Assembly (NCBI GenBank): GCA_014800245.1
Contig: JAAVGM010000018.1
Coordinates: forward strand, 26,944-90,943
DNA from: Bacteroidales bacterium
GTDB taxonomy: Bacteria; Bacteroidota; Bacteroidia; Bacteroidales; Muribaculaceae
Length of the DNA: 64,000 nt
Direction of reading: 5' to 3'
In this document: one piece after another, positions 1-10,290 of the stretch
Layout: every line of letters begins with the position of its first letter
How positions within the stretch are numbered: position 1 is the first letter of the stretch
Position numbers and translations under genes: made by a program
The notes under the pieces: generated by a model
Seen by the model: only the letters and a program-made list of their open reading frames with translations
Told to the model about the DNA's origin: nothing
Databases searched by the model: none

Positions 1-870
1 GATTCAGATCCCAAAAAGAAGCTTTCAAACGACGCAATCAAGCGACTCAATTCTCACTTCGACGACTATAATATTGCAGCTGTAACATTCTACAACGAAA
101 AGCAATATTATCCCCAGGCATACGAAGCTTTCTTCATCGGTGGCGAACTTCCTCGCAGCCAGTATGCCGATTCCAAGGTGGCACAGACTCCTGATTCTAT
201 CGTAAACCAGTCGTTCTATAACGCCGGTGTATGCGCATATTCAGGCGAAGCTCTCGCAGATGCTGCAAAGGCATTCAGGGCCGCACGTTTGAACAATACT
301 GACAATGAGCAGAACTATATTTACGAAATTGCTTGTTGGCAGTATATGGCCGCTAACGATTCAACATTGGAGGCTGCCGCAAAGAAAGAGATTGATGAGA
401 TTGCAAAAGCCGGCTATAATAAATTCGGCATGGATCAGCCTGTGTTCATCAATAATATTGTAAACTCTTTGGTTCTTGATGATAAGATGGATCAGGCAGC
501 TGATCTCGTAAAAGGACAGATTGCCCAGACCCCCGATATCGCCGACCTCTATGGTCTGCTTGGATTCATCTACGACCGTCAGGGCAATGACGACGCCTCA
601 GTTGATGCTTATCGTCAGGCAGCTGCCACTTCGGGAGTTAATGCAGATATCCTCAAAAACGTATGCAAGAAGCTCTTCAAGGTTGGAGTGGCAAAACTTG
701 ATGGAATCGATCCCAAAGACACAGCTGCAAAGCAAGCTTTGAAAGCAGATTATTTCGAAGCTGCAAAGAACTATGCTGAGCAGGCAAAACAGATGAGCCC
801 CGACACTACAAACGATCTCAACTATGTGATTGAAAATATCGACTACGCTCTCGAACAGTATTTCCAGTAA
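1..870 (+). CDS. Tetratricopeptide-repeat protein (5' end lies outside the window)
   Basis: Frame is open from base 1 (GAT TCA GAT CCC...) and in frame with ORF 178..870; helical Ala-rich repeats such as ADLYGLLGFIYDRQGNDDASVDAYRQA. Confidence 0.75.
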   Translation, partial: DSDPKKKLSNDAIKRLNSHFDDYNIAAVTFYNEKQYYPQAYEAFFIGGELPRSQYADSKVAQTPDSIVNQSFYNAGVCAYSGEALADAAKAFRAARLNNTDNEQNYIYEIACWQYMAANDSTLEAAAKKEIDEIAKAGYNKFGMDQPVFINNIVNSLVLDDKMDQAADLVKGQIAQTPDIADLYGLLGFIYDRQGNDDASVDAYRQAAATSGVNADILKNVCKKLFKVGVAKLDGIDPKDTAAKQALKADYFEAAKNYAEQAKQMSPDTTNDLNYVIENIDYALEQYFQ

Positions 871-896
871 TAACTTCGGAAATTTGCCCCATATTA

Positions 897-936
897 AAAA
901 AGAGGAGAAAATCTTTAAAGATTTTCTCCTCTTTTT
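897..936. terminator. Intrinsic (bidirectional-type) terminator; perfect 40-bp palindrome
   Basis: AAAAAGAGGAGAAAATCTTT|AAAGATTTTCTCCTCTTTTT, 26 nt after the TPR gene stop codon. Confidence 0.85.
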
Positions 937-980
937 ATATTATTTTGTTTAAACTATTTCGCTTAATGAAAAAAATTTTT

Positions 981-988
981 TAACTTTG
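981..988 (+). promoter_or_regulatory. Bacteroidetes housekeeping promoter -7 element for the mre operon
   Basis: TAACTTTG matches TAnnTTTG, 68 nt upstream of mreB. Confidence 0.7.
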
Positions 989-1056
989 CAGTTGGATTGC
1001 AGATTATGTTATAAAACATAAAAAACTGCATTAATAGAAATCGTTTTTCTCAAAAT

Positions 1057-2076
1057 ATGGGACTTTTTTCATTTACACAGGAAATTGCGATGGATCTTGG
1101 CACAGCCAACTCCATTATAATTCATAACGACAAGATTGTGGTTGACCAACCAAGTGTCGTGGCCATAGAAAATAAGACCGACAAGCTTCTTGCTGTTGGT
1201 GAAGTGGCACATCAGATGGAGGGTAAAGAGCCTCCCGGCATCCGTACTGTCCGTCCTCTTAGAGACGGTGTGATTGCCGACTTTAATGCTGCGGAACAGA
1301 TGATACGCGGAATGGTCAAGATGGTGAATCGTAAACGTCGATGGTTCTCCCCTTCTCTTCGAATGGTTGTATGTATTCCCTCCGGCTCAACAGAGGTGGA
1401 GATTCGTGCGGTGCGCGATTCAAGTGAACATGCCGGTGGCCGTGACGTATATATGATTTATGAGCCTATGGCCGCTGCATTAGGTATAGGTCTTGATGTT
1501 GAAGCGCCCAATGGAAATATGATTGTTGATATAGGTGGTGGTTCCACTGAAATTGCAGTCATCTCCCTTGGAGGAATCGTGAGCAATAAGAGTATTCGTA
1601 TGGCAGGAAATGACATCACTGCCGACATACGCGAGCATATGGGTCGTGTCCACAACCTTAAGGTTGGTGTCACCACAGCCGAACAGATCAAAATTAATGT
1701 CGGCTCAGCCCTTGCCGATCTTGAGAATCCTCCTGAACCATTCATTGTTCGTGGTCCGAACAAAATGACATCACTCCCTATGGAAGTGCCTGTGACTCAT
1801 GAGGAGATTGCCCGCTGCATCGATAAATCCATCTGTAAGATGGAAGATGCTATCTTAGCAGCTCTTGAGCACACTCCCCCGGAACTCTATGCAGATATCG
1901 TTGAAAATGGTATTTATCTCGCCGGCGGTGGTGCGCTTCTTAGAGGTCTTGCCAAGAGATTCACAGATAAAATCCGTATTGAGTTCAAGATTGCCGACGA
2001 TCCATTGCACGCCGTGGCAAAGGGCACCGGAGTGGCACTTAAGAACATCAATAGATTCTCATTCCTTATTCGATAA
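1057..2076 (+). CDS. mreB: Rod shape-determining protein MreB
   Basis: Actin-like motifs DLGTAN, RPLRDGVIADF, EPMAAA, DIGGGSTE, LAGGGALL. Confidence 0.98.
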   Translation: MGLFSFTQEIAMDLGTANSIIIHNDKIVVDQPSVVAIENKTDKLLAVGEVAHQMEGKEPPGIRTVRPLRDGVIADFNAAEQMIRGMVKMVNRKRRWFSPSLRMVVCIPSGSTEVEIRAVRDSSEHAGGRDVYMIYEPMAAALGIGLDVEAPNGNMIVDIGGGSTEIAVISLGGIVSNKSIRMAGNDITADIREHMGRVHNLKVGVTTAEQIKINVGSALADLENPPEPFIVRGPNKMTSLPMEVPVTHEEIARCIDKSICKMEDAILAALEHTPPELYADIVENGIYLAGGGALLRGLAKRFTDKIRIEFKIADDPLHAVAKGTGVALKNINRFSFLIR

Positions 2077-2150
2077 TAATTTTTCGATTATATATATTTT
2101 CCACTTTCTTATTCTATATAGGAAGTGGAAAATATGTTTTACGCTCCATA

Positions 2151-2999
2151 ATGAAGAACCTTATCCACTTCATAATGCGTTATTCGGCATGGTTTGTTTT
2201 CGCATTCTATGCCATTATCAGTCTGCTTCTGCTTGTGACGGGCAACAACTACCAAAGATCAGTCTATCTGACATCTGCCAACTATGTCACAGGCTCTGTA
2301 TATAAGGCTGCTTCTCAAGTGACCGGGTATTTCCATTTGAAAACCATCAACGAAGATCTTCAAGCAAATAACGCTCTTCTGCAAAATGAAGTATTGAATC
2401 TGAAAGAACAGCTTGCGCAGTATAAGGTGCTCGCCTCCGACTCATTGCTCCCCATCAACTATCCGGATCGGTTCGGATATGTGTCTGCCGCCGTGATCAA
2501 TAATAATACGAGCCATCGAAAGAATTTTTTCACTATTGATAAAGGAGCTCTCGATGGAATAAAATCAGGTATGGGGGTAGTGGATCATAATGGCGTAGCC
2601 GGTATTGTCAATGTCACAGGGCCGCATATGTCGCGAGTGATTTCTCTTCTGAATGAAAATCAGCATTTCTCCGTAAAACTTAAGGATACTGAATTCATAG
2701 GTTCGATGTCTTGGAAAGGTGGTGATCCCACCATCGGTTATGTTGAGGAGATTCCCCGACACGCCAGATATAATATTGGCGATACAATTGTAACGAGCGG
2801 ATACTCCACCACTTTCCCCGAAGGGATTCCGGTTGGAAAAGTTTTGGCTCGTGTAAAAAGTGGTGATGATAGTTTTTTCACACTTAAAATTAAATTAGCC
2901 ACAGATTTCAGGTCGCTCAGCACGATAAGGGTGGTAAAGGATATCTATAAGACAGAAATTGATTCCTTGGCTGTATTTGATGAGATGAATATGCAATAG
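2151..2999 (+). CDS. mreC: Rod shape-determining protein MreC
   Basis: N-terminal TM, coiled coil, IDKG..DGI..GMGV and GDTIVTSG..FPEGIPVG motifs; follows mreB. Confidence 0.95.
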   Translation: MKNLIHFIMRYSAWFVFAFYAIISLLLLVTGNNYQRSVYLTSANYVTGSVYKAASQVTGYFHLKTINEDLQANNALLQNEVLNLKEQLAQYKVLASDSLLPINYPDRFGYVSAAVINNNTSHRKNFFTIDKGALDGIKSGMGVVDHNGVAGIVNVTGPHMSRVISLLNENQHFSVKLKDTEFIGSMSWKGGDPTIGYVEEIPRHARYNIGDTIVTSGYSTTFPEGIPVGKVLARVKSGDDSFFTLKIKLATDFRSLSTIRVVKDIYKTEIDSLAVFDEMNMQ

Positions 3000-3045
3000 G
3001 CCCGGCTTTATCATTAGGGACACAACCAATAATGCTATAATAGAA

Positions 3046-3558
3046 ATGAATCGAGGCACGATATATAACCTAATACTACTGATAATATTAATATTAGTTC
3101 AAGTATTAATCTGCAACCACATTCAAATTTTCAATGTGGCGATGCCTTTTGTCTTCATCTATGTAATTATAAGGCTGCCGATGACCGTATCCACCAACTG
3201 GCTCCTCACGTGGGCTTTTGCGGGAGGGTTCATAGTAGATCTATTTTCTGACACTCCGGGATTAAATTCTCTTGCTTGTGTGATAATTGCCCGGTTCAAG
3301 CAACCGATTCTTTATCTCTACATTCCGCGCGATGACAGGACACGGGATATCCTCCCCTCTATGGTGAATCTCGGATTGGCAAATTATTCTAAATATCTCC
3401 TCACCATGACCCTCCTCTATTGCATTCTAATCTTCTCGTTAGAATATTTTAGCTTTGCAAACGTTAAAGAAATAGCGATTATGTCGTTGTCGAGCACAGT
3501 GCTTACATTCGTCTTATTGCTCAGTATTGATAGCCTTATGGTTTCCAGAACGGAATAA
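3046..3558 (+). CDS. mreD: Rod shape-determining protein MreD
   Basis: 170-aa polytopic membrane protein (GFIVDLFSDTPG) between mreC and mrdA. Confidence 0.92.
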   Translation: MNRGTIYNLILLIILILVQVLICNHIQIFNVAMPFVFIYVIIRLPMTVSTNWLLTWAFAGGFIVDLFSDTPGLNSLACVIIARFKQPILYLYIPRDDRTRDILPSMVNLGLANYSKYLLTMTLLYCILIFSLEYFSFANVKEIAIMSLSSTVLTFVLLLSIDSLMVSRTE

Positions 3559-3648
3559 TCATCTTGATTCCTCAAATCATCATATTCCGAATTTGGATAT
3601 ATTTAAGCCTATGGTAATCTTATTTTTGCTTACTTAACAAAGATTAAC

Positions 3649-5502
3649 GTGAGGAAAGATTATAGTTTAGAAAAAAGAAAATATGTGATTGGCGGTTTCA
3701 TAATTGTGATTGTAATCATCTATATAATCCGTTTATTTAATCTTCAGGTCACAGAAGACAAATATAAAGAGAGCGCAGATAGCAATGCCTTTCTTAAAAG
3801 AGTGATCTATCCATCTCGTGGATTGATTTATGATCGTAATGGCAAGCTTGTGGTTTTTAATAAACCGGCCTATGATGTCATGCTTATCCCCAAGGATGTT
3901 GGAGAATTCGACACTTTAGCCCTTTGTTCGGCACTTAGCCTAACTGAGGATCAGCTGAAAGAGAAATGGGCCGATATGAAAAATCCACGTAAAAATCCCG
4001 GATATTCCGCATATACACCCCAGAAACTTATTTCCCAACTTTCCATTGAAGATTATGGAAAATTCCAAGAGAAATTGAATCTTTTCCCCGGTTTTTTCGT
4101 GCAGAAACGAACGGTGAGAAACTATGCTTATCCTGTGGCAGGAAATGTTTTGGGAAATATCAGGGAAGTTTCAGCAAAAGATATCGATCGTGATCGATAT
4201 TATAGACGCGGAGACTACACCGGCGACCTTGGAATTGAGAAAAGTTATGAGGTGGCTTTGCGTGGTAAAAAAGGTGTTGAAATCTTGATGAAGGATGCTT
4301 ATGGCAGAATAAAGGGGAAATATGAAGATGGGATCTACGACAAGTCTCCGGAATCGGGCAAGAACCTTACCCTTTCCTTAGATATCGACCTTCAGGCTTA
4401 TGGCGAGCAATTGATGCAAGGTAAGATAGGCGCTATTGTGGCAATCGAACCAAAGACCGGCGAGATTCTTGCATTAGTCACCTCCCCTAATTATGACCCT
4501 TCTCTCCTTGTGGGGAAAGATCGAGGTAAAAACTATGCCGACCTTGTGAAAAATCCCTATAAGCCACTCTACGACCGTGCCCTTCAAGGCGCATACCCTC
4601 CGGGTTCGACTTTTAAGCCTACGCAAGGCTTGATTTTTCTTCAGGAAGGAATAGTGAATCTGAACACGATGTATCCATGCTATCATGGATATGTCAACGG
4701 ACTGAGGGTTGGGTGTCACGGTCATGCTTCCCCTATCTCGCTGAAACCGGCTTTGCAAACTTCATGCAACGCCTATTTTTGTTGGGGATTAAAAAATATG
4801 ATAGATAAATCCGGCAAAAAGGCTTCCGACCAACTCACCAAATGGAAAGACTATATGGTGGAGATGGGATATGGTTATAAGCTTGGTGTGGATCTCCCCT
4901 CCGAAAGCCGTGGATTCATCCCTAATGCCGACTATTACAGCAGTTCGTTCCGTGGAAGGAATTGGAGTGCAAACTCTATAATTTCAATTTCAATTGGACA
5001 AGGCGAGGTGTTGGCCACTCCCCTTCAGATTGCTAATCTCTGCGCCACGGTAGCCAACCGAGGATATTTCTATACTCCGCACATCGTGAAGGAGATTGCC
5101 GACAGTGTGATCGATCCTAAATATAAGGTGGCGCACCGTCCCAAAATCAAGAAGGATTATTATGAAGCTGTGGCTGAAGGGATGCGAATGGCCGTAACCG
5201 GTGGTACTTGTCGTTTAGCCAATCTCCCCGATATTGAGGTGTGCGGGAAGACCGGAACAGCCCAGAATCCTCATGGTCGCGACCACTCTGCATTTATAGG
5301 GTTTGCCCCCTACCACGATCCGAAAATCGCAATATGCGTATATGTGGAAAATGCCGGATTCGGTGCGGCCTACGGTGTGCCTATTGGTTCGCTCATGATT
5401 GAAAAATACCTTAAAGGAGAAATCAGTCCTTCAAGGAAAGGGATAGAAGAAAGAATGTTAACTTCAAATACTATAGCAACAAGTGGAGTCAAAAAACACT
5501 GA
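3649..5502 (+). CDS. mrdA: Penicillin-binding protein 2
   Basis: SxxK (PGSTFK), SxN (SCN) and KTG (KTGTAQ) transpeptidase motifs; GTG start. Confidence 0.96.
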   Translation: MRKDYSLEKRKYVIGGFIIVIVIIYIIRLFNLQVTEDKYKESADSNAFLKRVIYPSRGLIYDRNGKLVVFNKPAYDVMLIPKDVGEFDTLALCSALSLTEDQLKEKWADMKNPRKNPGYSAYTPQKLISQLSIEDYGKFQEKLNLFPGFFVQKRTVRNYAYPVAGNVLGNIREVSAKDIDRDRYYRRGDYTGDLGIEKSYEVALRGKKGVEILMKDAYGRIKGKYEDGIYDKSPESGKNLTLSLDIDLQAYGEQLMQGKIGAIVAIEPKTGEILALVTSPNYDPSLLVGKDRGKNYADLVKNPYKPLYDRALQGAYPPGSTFKPTQGLIFLQEGIVNLNTMYPCYHGYVNGLRVGCHGHASPISLKPALQTSCNAYFCWGLKNMIDKSGKKASDQLTKWKDYMVEMGYGYKLGVDLPSESRGFIPNADYYSSSFRGRNWSANSIISISIGQGEVLATPLQIANLCATVANRGYFYTPHIVKEIADSVIDPKYKVAHRPKIKKDYYEAVAEGMRMAVTGGTCRLANLPDIEVCGKTGTAQNPHGRDHSAFIGFAPYHDPKIAICVYVENAGFGAAYGVPIGSLMIEKYLKGEISPSRKGIEERMLTSNTIATSGVKKH

Positions 5503-6952
5503 TACGAGCACATCAGTATTCAAATCGCTCGATTGGATCACGGTTTTGCTTTATCTGATTCTTGTCACCGTGGGTGCGATAAGCATCTACGCGGCAAGCT
5601 ATGACTTTGACAATGCTTCTTTATTCGACTTGAATGAATTTTCGGGGAAGCAGATTCTTTGGATCGGTCTTGGTCTGATTGTGGGTCTGGTGATTCTGCT
5701 TATGGATTATCGGATTTTCAAAATATATGCCTATCCGATATATGGAGTGGTGCTGTTAGTGCTACTCGTTACAATTTTTGTGGCCCCTAACACGAAAGGA
5801 TCACATTCCTGGCTTGTTTTTGGTCCGATAAGCTTGCAGCCTGCCGAATTTGGAAAGTTTGCCACAGCCCTATGCCTTGCCAAGCTGTTCGACTCCTATA
5901 ATTTCATCCTTAATCAGAAGATCAGCAATTATTTTCGGGCGTTGATTATAATCTTTGTCCCGATTATTCTTATTCTTCTCCAAAGGGAGACCGGATCTGC
6001 ATTAGTCTATCTATCCTTTATATTTGTGCTTTATCGTGAAGGAATGAGCGGATTGGTGCTTTTCTCTGTACTTTGTGCCGTAACATTCTTTGTGGTGGCT
6101 GTGAAATTTGCCGACCCTCTTATATTGGGGATACCGATGGGAGAATTCACGGTCTTCCTCCTCATTATGCTCATTTTCGTCTGCATGCTTCTATTCTATT
6201 GCAAAGATGGTATTGTCGGAAGAAATGTTCTCTTTGGCTTCGTTGGATCCGGAATTATCGTAGCTATTCTGGCTCTTTGCAATGTAGAAGTGAATGGAAC
6301 TGTCTATTTCCTTTCTATAATCGGGATTGCTCTGATATATACAGCCATAATGATGTTCAGGCATAGGATCGGGAAATACCTTATCACTATTGGGTTTGTC
6401 GCCACATCAATAATGTTTCTCTATTCGGTAAATTATGTTTTCGGCAACGTTCTTGAGCCTCACCAGCAGCTCCGAATCAAGGTGGCTTTAGGCATTGAAG
6501 AGAATATCATGGGGGCCGGATATAATGTGAATCAATCGAAGATAGCCATTGGGTCAGGAGGAGTGATTGGCAAAGGATTCCTTAACGGCACTCAGACTAA
6601 ATTAAAATATGTGCCTGAACAGCACACTGATTTTATTTTTTGCACCATTGGTGAGGAGGAAGGCTTCATTGGCTCAGTTGCAGTGCTCCTTCTTTTCCTT
6701 GCGCTCATTCTTCGTTTGATTCATGTGGCAGAACGCCAACGCACAGCCTTCGAACGAGTCTATGCATATTGTGTGGTTTCGATTCTAATATTCCATCTTG
6801 GAATTAATATAGGCATGGTCATAGGGCTTTGTCCGGTGATCGGTATTCCACTCCCCTTCTTCAGCTATGGTGGTTCGTCGCTTTGGGGCTTCACTATCCT
6901 TCTTTTTATTCTCTTAAGGCTGGATGCTGCAAGAAAAGAAAGGTCGGATTAA
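5483..6952 (+). CDS. rodA: SEDS peptidoglycan glycosyltransferase RodA
   Basis: QPAEFGK, IAIGSGG, PEQHTDFIF, GIPLPFFSYGGSS; overlaps the 3' end of mrdA. Confidence 0.96.
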   Translation: MESKNTDTSTSVFKSLDWITVLLYLILVTVGAISIYAASYDFDNASLFDLNEFSGKQILWIGLGLIVGLVILLMDYRIFKIYAYPIYGVVLLVLLVTIFVAPNTKGSHSWLVFGPISLQPAEFGKFATALCLAKLFDSYNFILNQKISNYFRALIIIFVPIILILLQRETGSALVYLSFIFVLYREGMSGLVLFSVLCAVTFFVVAVKFADPLILGIPMGEFTVFLLIMLIFVCMLLFYCKDGIVGRNVLFGFVGSGIIVAILALCNVEVNGTVYFLSIIGIALIYTAIMMFRHRIGKYLITIGFVATSIMFLYSVNYVFGNVLEPHQQLRIKVALGIEENIMGAGYNVNQSKIAIGSGGVIGKGFLNGTQTKLKYVPEQHTDFIFCTIGEEEGFIGSVAVLLLFLALILRLIHVAERQRTAFERVYAYCVVSILIFHLGINIGMVIGLCPVIGIPLPFFSYGGSSLWGFTILLFILLRLDAARKERSD

Positions 6953-7088
6953 TTTTTAACAGCTACTTAAAACATAGTTGAGATTTTAATGTTATAATTT
7001 AAAAGGAGGGCTAATAAAAAGCTTAGGCTTTGTAATCATTAATCTTCCGACTAAGTAACTACATAAATAATTATTAATCCAAAATATT

Positions 7089-7451
7089 ATGGCAAATAAA
7101 AGAGAATTCAAGAAATATGTGGACGCTCTCGGCGCATCTGCATGCGATGAAATGATGTATGCTTTCTACACAGTAGAAGGTGCGGACAAGGATGCCATCT
7201 CTAAGGCAATCGAGAAAGTTCTTCTCGCTACAAACAAAGCTCGTATGAATTCAAACATCTTCTTCGACCGCGGAGTGAAGGCATTCGCCGACCACAAGGA
7301 ATATTCTAAGGCTAAAGCTGCTTTCTTCAAGGCTCTTTTCGAAAAGGTGTCAAAAGAGTTCTCCGAAGAGGTTAACGAAGCGCTTAAGGAATTCAATGCA
7401 GCAATTCCTGCAGAGGAAAAAGAAAGAAACAAAGCAGCTGTAGCTGAATAA
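7089..7451 (+). CDS. Conserved small helical hypothetical protein (Bacteroidales type)
   Basis: 120-aa ORF with good codon usage and AT-rich leader; the MANKR..KK N-terminus resembles a Bacteroidales hypothetical family (from memory). Confidence 0.75.
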   Translation: MANKREFKKYVDALGASACDEMMYAFYTVEGADKDAISKAIEKVLLATNKARMNSNIFFDRGVKAFADHKEYSKAKAAFFKALFEKVSKEFSEEVNEALKEFNAAIPAEEKERNKAAVAE

Positions 7452-7467
7452 TCTAAAGTATAGAAAA

Positions 7468-8013
7468 ATGAATATCTGGGGATTAGCATTAAATTTTTTT
7501 GGCTGGAAGGTTGACATCACGGCTCCTCGACGCGATAAGTGTATCATTTGCGTTGCGCCGCACACATCCAACTGGGACTTTATCCTCGGATTAGCTGCTT
7601 ACAGATCTTTGGGAAGGAAAGCCAACTTCTTAATGAAAGAATTTTGGTTTTTCTTCCCTTTAAAGTATCTGCTTAAATATTTCGGCGGGATTCCTGTTCC
7701 CTCACGAAATAAAAAGTCGAATCTCACTGAGGAGATCGTCAAGAAATTTGAATCCTCTGATTATATAAATCTTGCTGTCACACCGGAAGGAACACGCTCA
7801 TGGGTGGAAAAATGGCGCACAGGATTTCTTTATATCTCCTATGGAGCCAAAGTTCCGATTCAATTAGGAGTGATCGACTACAAGAATAAAGATATAATTA
7901 TTCGAGATGAATTTATCCCATCAGGCGACATTGATGCTGATATGCAGTATGTAAAAGAATATTATGCCAATTTTCCCGATGCAGCAAAATATCCGGATAA
8001 ATTCTCTGTATAA
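7468..8013 (+). CDS. PlsC-like glycerolipid acyltransferase
   Basis: HX4D motif APHTSNWD, GGIPV, TPEGTRS, W.TGF. Confidence 0.9.
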   Translation: MNIWGLALNFFGWKVDITAPRRDKCIICVAPHTSNWDFILGLAAYRSLGRKANFLMKEFWFFFPLKYLLKYFGGIPVPSRNKKSNLTEEIVKKFESSDYINLAVTPEGTRSWVEKWRTGFLYISYGAKVPIQLGVIDYKNKDIIIRDEFIPSGDIDADMQYVKEYYANFPDAAKYPDKFSV

Positions 8014-8055
8014 TATCCATCCAACCTAAACTAACCTTAATACAATCAAACCAAC

Positions 8056-8859
8056 ATGATTTCAAAAGATCTCAAAGTGGCTCTTGTCCCCTTCACTATT
8101 GAATGGGAGAATAAGGAGAGTAACTTGCAGGCCCTTGAAATGCTTATGGCCTCTATTCATCCTATGACTGATTTGGTGATTCTACCCGAAACTTTCTCCA
8201 CAGGGTTCCCTATCGGGAAAGAGAAGGATGAAGTGAGAGGATGGGCCGAACGAAACACAGGCGATACAATCGATCGTCTGAAAATTCTTTCTAATAAATA
8301 TAAAATGGCAATCTGCGGAAGCTTCATTGCCGACACCGGGGGATCACTTTATAACCGCCTATTCTTTATCGAACCATCGGGGGATGAAACCTTTTCCGAC
8401 AAAAGACATCTATTCACTATGGCCGGAGAAGATAAGGTTTTCTCTCACGGACATGAAAGAATGAAGGTGAGATATCGAGGTTGGAATATTGCCATGATCG
8501 CTTGCTACGACATCCGCTTCCCAATATGGTGCAGAAACAAGGGAAACGAGTATGATCTCCTTATTGCAGTGGCTAATTGGCCCAAAGTAAGAGTTGGTGC
8601 TTGGAATGCTCTCCTGAAAGCCCGTGCAATAGAAAATGAAGCCTATGTGTGTGGTGTCAATTGCAAAGGGATTGATTCCCATGGCTACGAATATGATGGG
8701 GCTTCCGATGCAATCGACTTTAAGGGGAAAAGTGTGGCTGTAGCCCTTGAAGGGTCTGATATACTTTATGCCACACTTTCACGTGATCGTCTTGACTCCT
8801 TCAGAGAAAAATTCCCTGCCTGGAGAGATGCCGACGATTTCCGCATCTACGGAATATAA
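8056..8859 (+). CDS. Carbon-nitrogen hydrolase (nitrilase family, YafV/omega-amidase-like)
   Basis: Glu-Lys-Cys triad: LPETF, DKRHLF, ACYDIRFP; ARAIENEAYV. Confidence 0.9.
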   Translation: MISKDLKVALVPFTIEWENKESNLQALEMLMASIHPMTDLVILPETFSTGFPIGKEKDEVRGWAERNTGDTIDRLKILSNKYKMAICGSFIADTGGSLYNRLFFIEPSGDETFSDKRHLFTMAGEDKVFSHGHERMKVRYRGWNIAMIACYDIRFPIWCRNKGNEYDLLIAVANWPKVRVGAWNALLKARAIENEAYVCGVNCKGIDSHGYEYDGASDAIDFKGKSVAVALEGSDILYATLSRDRLDSFREKFPAWRDADDFRIYGI

Positions 8860-9620
8860 TACACCCTTACTTGACCTACAGGTAGCGAACCCGTAAGATA
8901 GAGGGGGATATGGGAAGAATCAGTGGAAATCCAGGTGTCGATATCGTCACTGGATTTCTTTTTTCCTCCTGTAGTAAAATTAAACTTGATATGATAGGCC
9001 TCTCTCTCAGTTTTATTTTTCAACTTAATTTTCTCCTTTCCGACTAAATGGATGGTGATAGTCTCCGACTTGGAGCCGGAAAATACAGTGGCCTTCAACA
9101 CTTTGTTCTTCGAAAGACTGCTATAATCTATCTCGCGCAGATAGTAAAACACGGAAAGCATATCATACACCGGACCGGTGGCTGTCAACGTTTTCGAAGA
9201 GGTTGACACCTCCCCTTTCTTATTCTTCTTATAACGTTTGCAGATTCCTGTCACTTGATTGCCTGAATATTTATAGGAAATATCATCTCGGCCATATTTC
9301 CCATCCTCATGAGCAATTTTTGAATAGCTCAGGGCTTTGAAATCCGATTTCCTGATTGATGCAAGCAGAGTGTCGCGCACTTGATACACTTTATCTGCCC
9401 AGGGTTTAGTCTTTGCCGAAAGCATCACTTCGTAATTACCCCCTTTATTACGCAGGGACAATGTTGCATCGCCGGCATCCTTATGGATAAGACCCCATTT
9501 ATAAGATATCACATAGTGGAGTTTTTCATCCTTGATTCCGGCAGACTGTGCTGAGAAAGCAAAGTTAGGAATCAAGATTGAAATCATCAATATTATAGAG
9601 AGGAGTAAATTTTTTTTCAT
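8847..9620 (-). CDS. DUF3108-family exported protein
   Basis: Signal peptide MKKNLLL...AFSA (start moved to the ATG at 9620); EKLHYVISYKWG, YDMLSVFYYLR, WISTD..HIP, LPVG. Confidence 0.75.
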   Translation of the reverse strand: MKKNLLLSIILMISILIPNFAFSAQSAGIKDEKLHYVISYKWGLIHKDAGDATLSLRNKGGNYEVMLSAKTKPWADKVYQVRDTLLASIRKSDFKALSYSKIAHEDGKYGRDDISYKYSGNQVTGICKRYKKNKKGEVSTSSKTLTATGPVYDMLSVFYYLREIDYSSLSKNKVLKATVFSGSKSETITIHLVGKEKIKLKNKTEREAYHIKFNFTTGGKKKSSDDIDTWISTDSSHIPLYLTGSLPVGQVRVYYIP

Positions 9621-9733
9621 AATTCTCGCATTTAAATTCAATATTTTGACCATCTCTTATTAATATGGTTTAAGACTCCCTACTTAATGTAGTAATGGGA
9701 GCTACTCTTAAACTCATATATCTTCTATAACGT

Positions 9734-9770
9734 AAAAAATGCGATATGTATTTTTAACATATCGCATTTT
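9734..9770 (-). terminator. Intrinsic terminator of trxA
   Basis: AAAATGCGATATGT/ACATATCGCATTTT 14-bp stem with a U-tract on the minus strand. Confidence 0.8.
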
Positions 9771-9836
9771 CTGATTAAGGTTTCTGTGTCTATTCTTGTG
9801 AAAAGCGTTTCTATTTTTTATCAACTATTCACGACA

Positions 9837-10133
9837 TCAAAAGAATTTACTTAATTCCTGCTCGAGCACTTCAAGAGGCATTGCGCCTGATGAACGCCAT
9901 TTCATCTCTCCATTCTGGAAGATCATGAACGTCGGCACTGAACGAACATTATATAGAGCGGCCAGCTCCTGATTCTTATCAATGTCAATCTTAATGATTC
10001 TTGCTTTCTCCCCTATTTTGGTATGGAGTTCTTCAAGAACCGGATGCATCATCTTACACGGACCGCACCAAGTAGCGAAAAAATCTACAAGTACGGGCTT
10101 CTCTGATTTGATAATGTCTTCAAATTTTTCCAT
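9837..10133 (-). CDS. trxA: Thioredoxin
   Basis: WCGPC active site, 98 aa. Confidence 0.95.
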   Translation of the reverse strand: MEKFEDIIKSEKPVLVDFFATWCGPCKMMHPVLEELHTKIGEKARIIKIDIDKNQELAALYNVRSVPTFMIFQNGEMKWRSSGAMPLEVLEQELSKFF

Positions 10134-10206
10134 AGCATTAATTCTTTTTTTGTTTCTCTTTTACTTAAATAACAATTAAAAATAGAGATGGTTTGAAAAT
10201 TATTAT

Positions 10207-10214
10207 TATCTTTG
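10207..10214 (+). promoter_or_regulatory. -7 promoter element for glnA
   Basis: TATCTTTG, 76 nt upstream of the ATG. Confidence 0.65.
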
Positions 10215-10290
10215 CATTCGAAGACCGGAACATGATCCGGCATAACCGAAAAACTCTTACCTTAAATTAAACTACCAAAATTTAACTACC

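Noticed and set aside
990-1016. dif-like site (TTATGTTATAA resembles a XerD arm)
   Set aside because: There is no matching XerC arm at 6-bp spacing, and it lies in the mreB leader.
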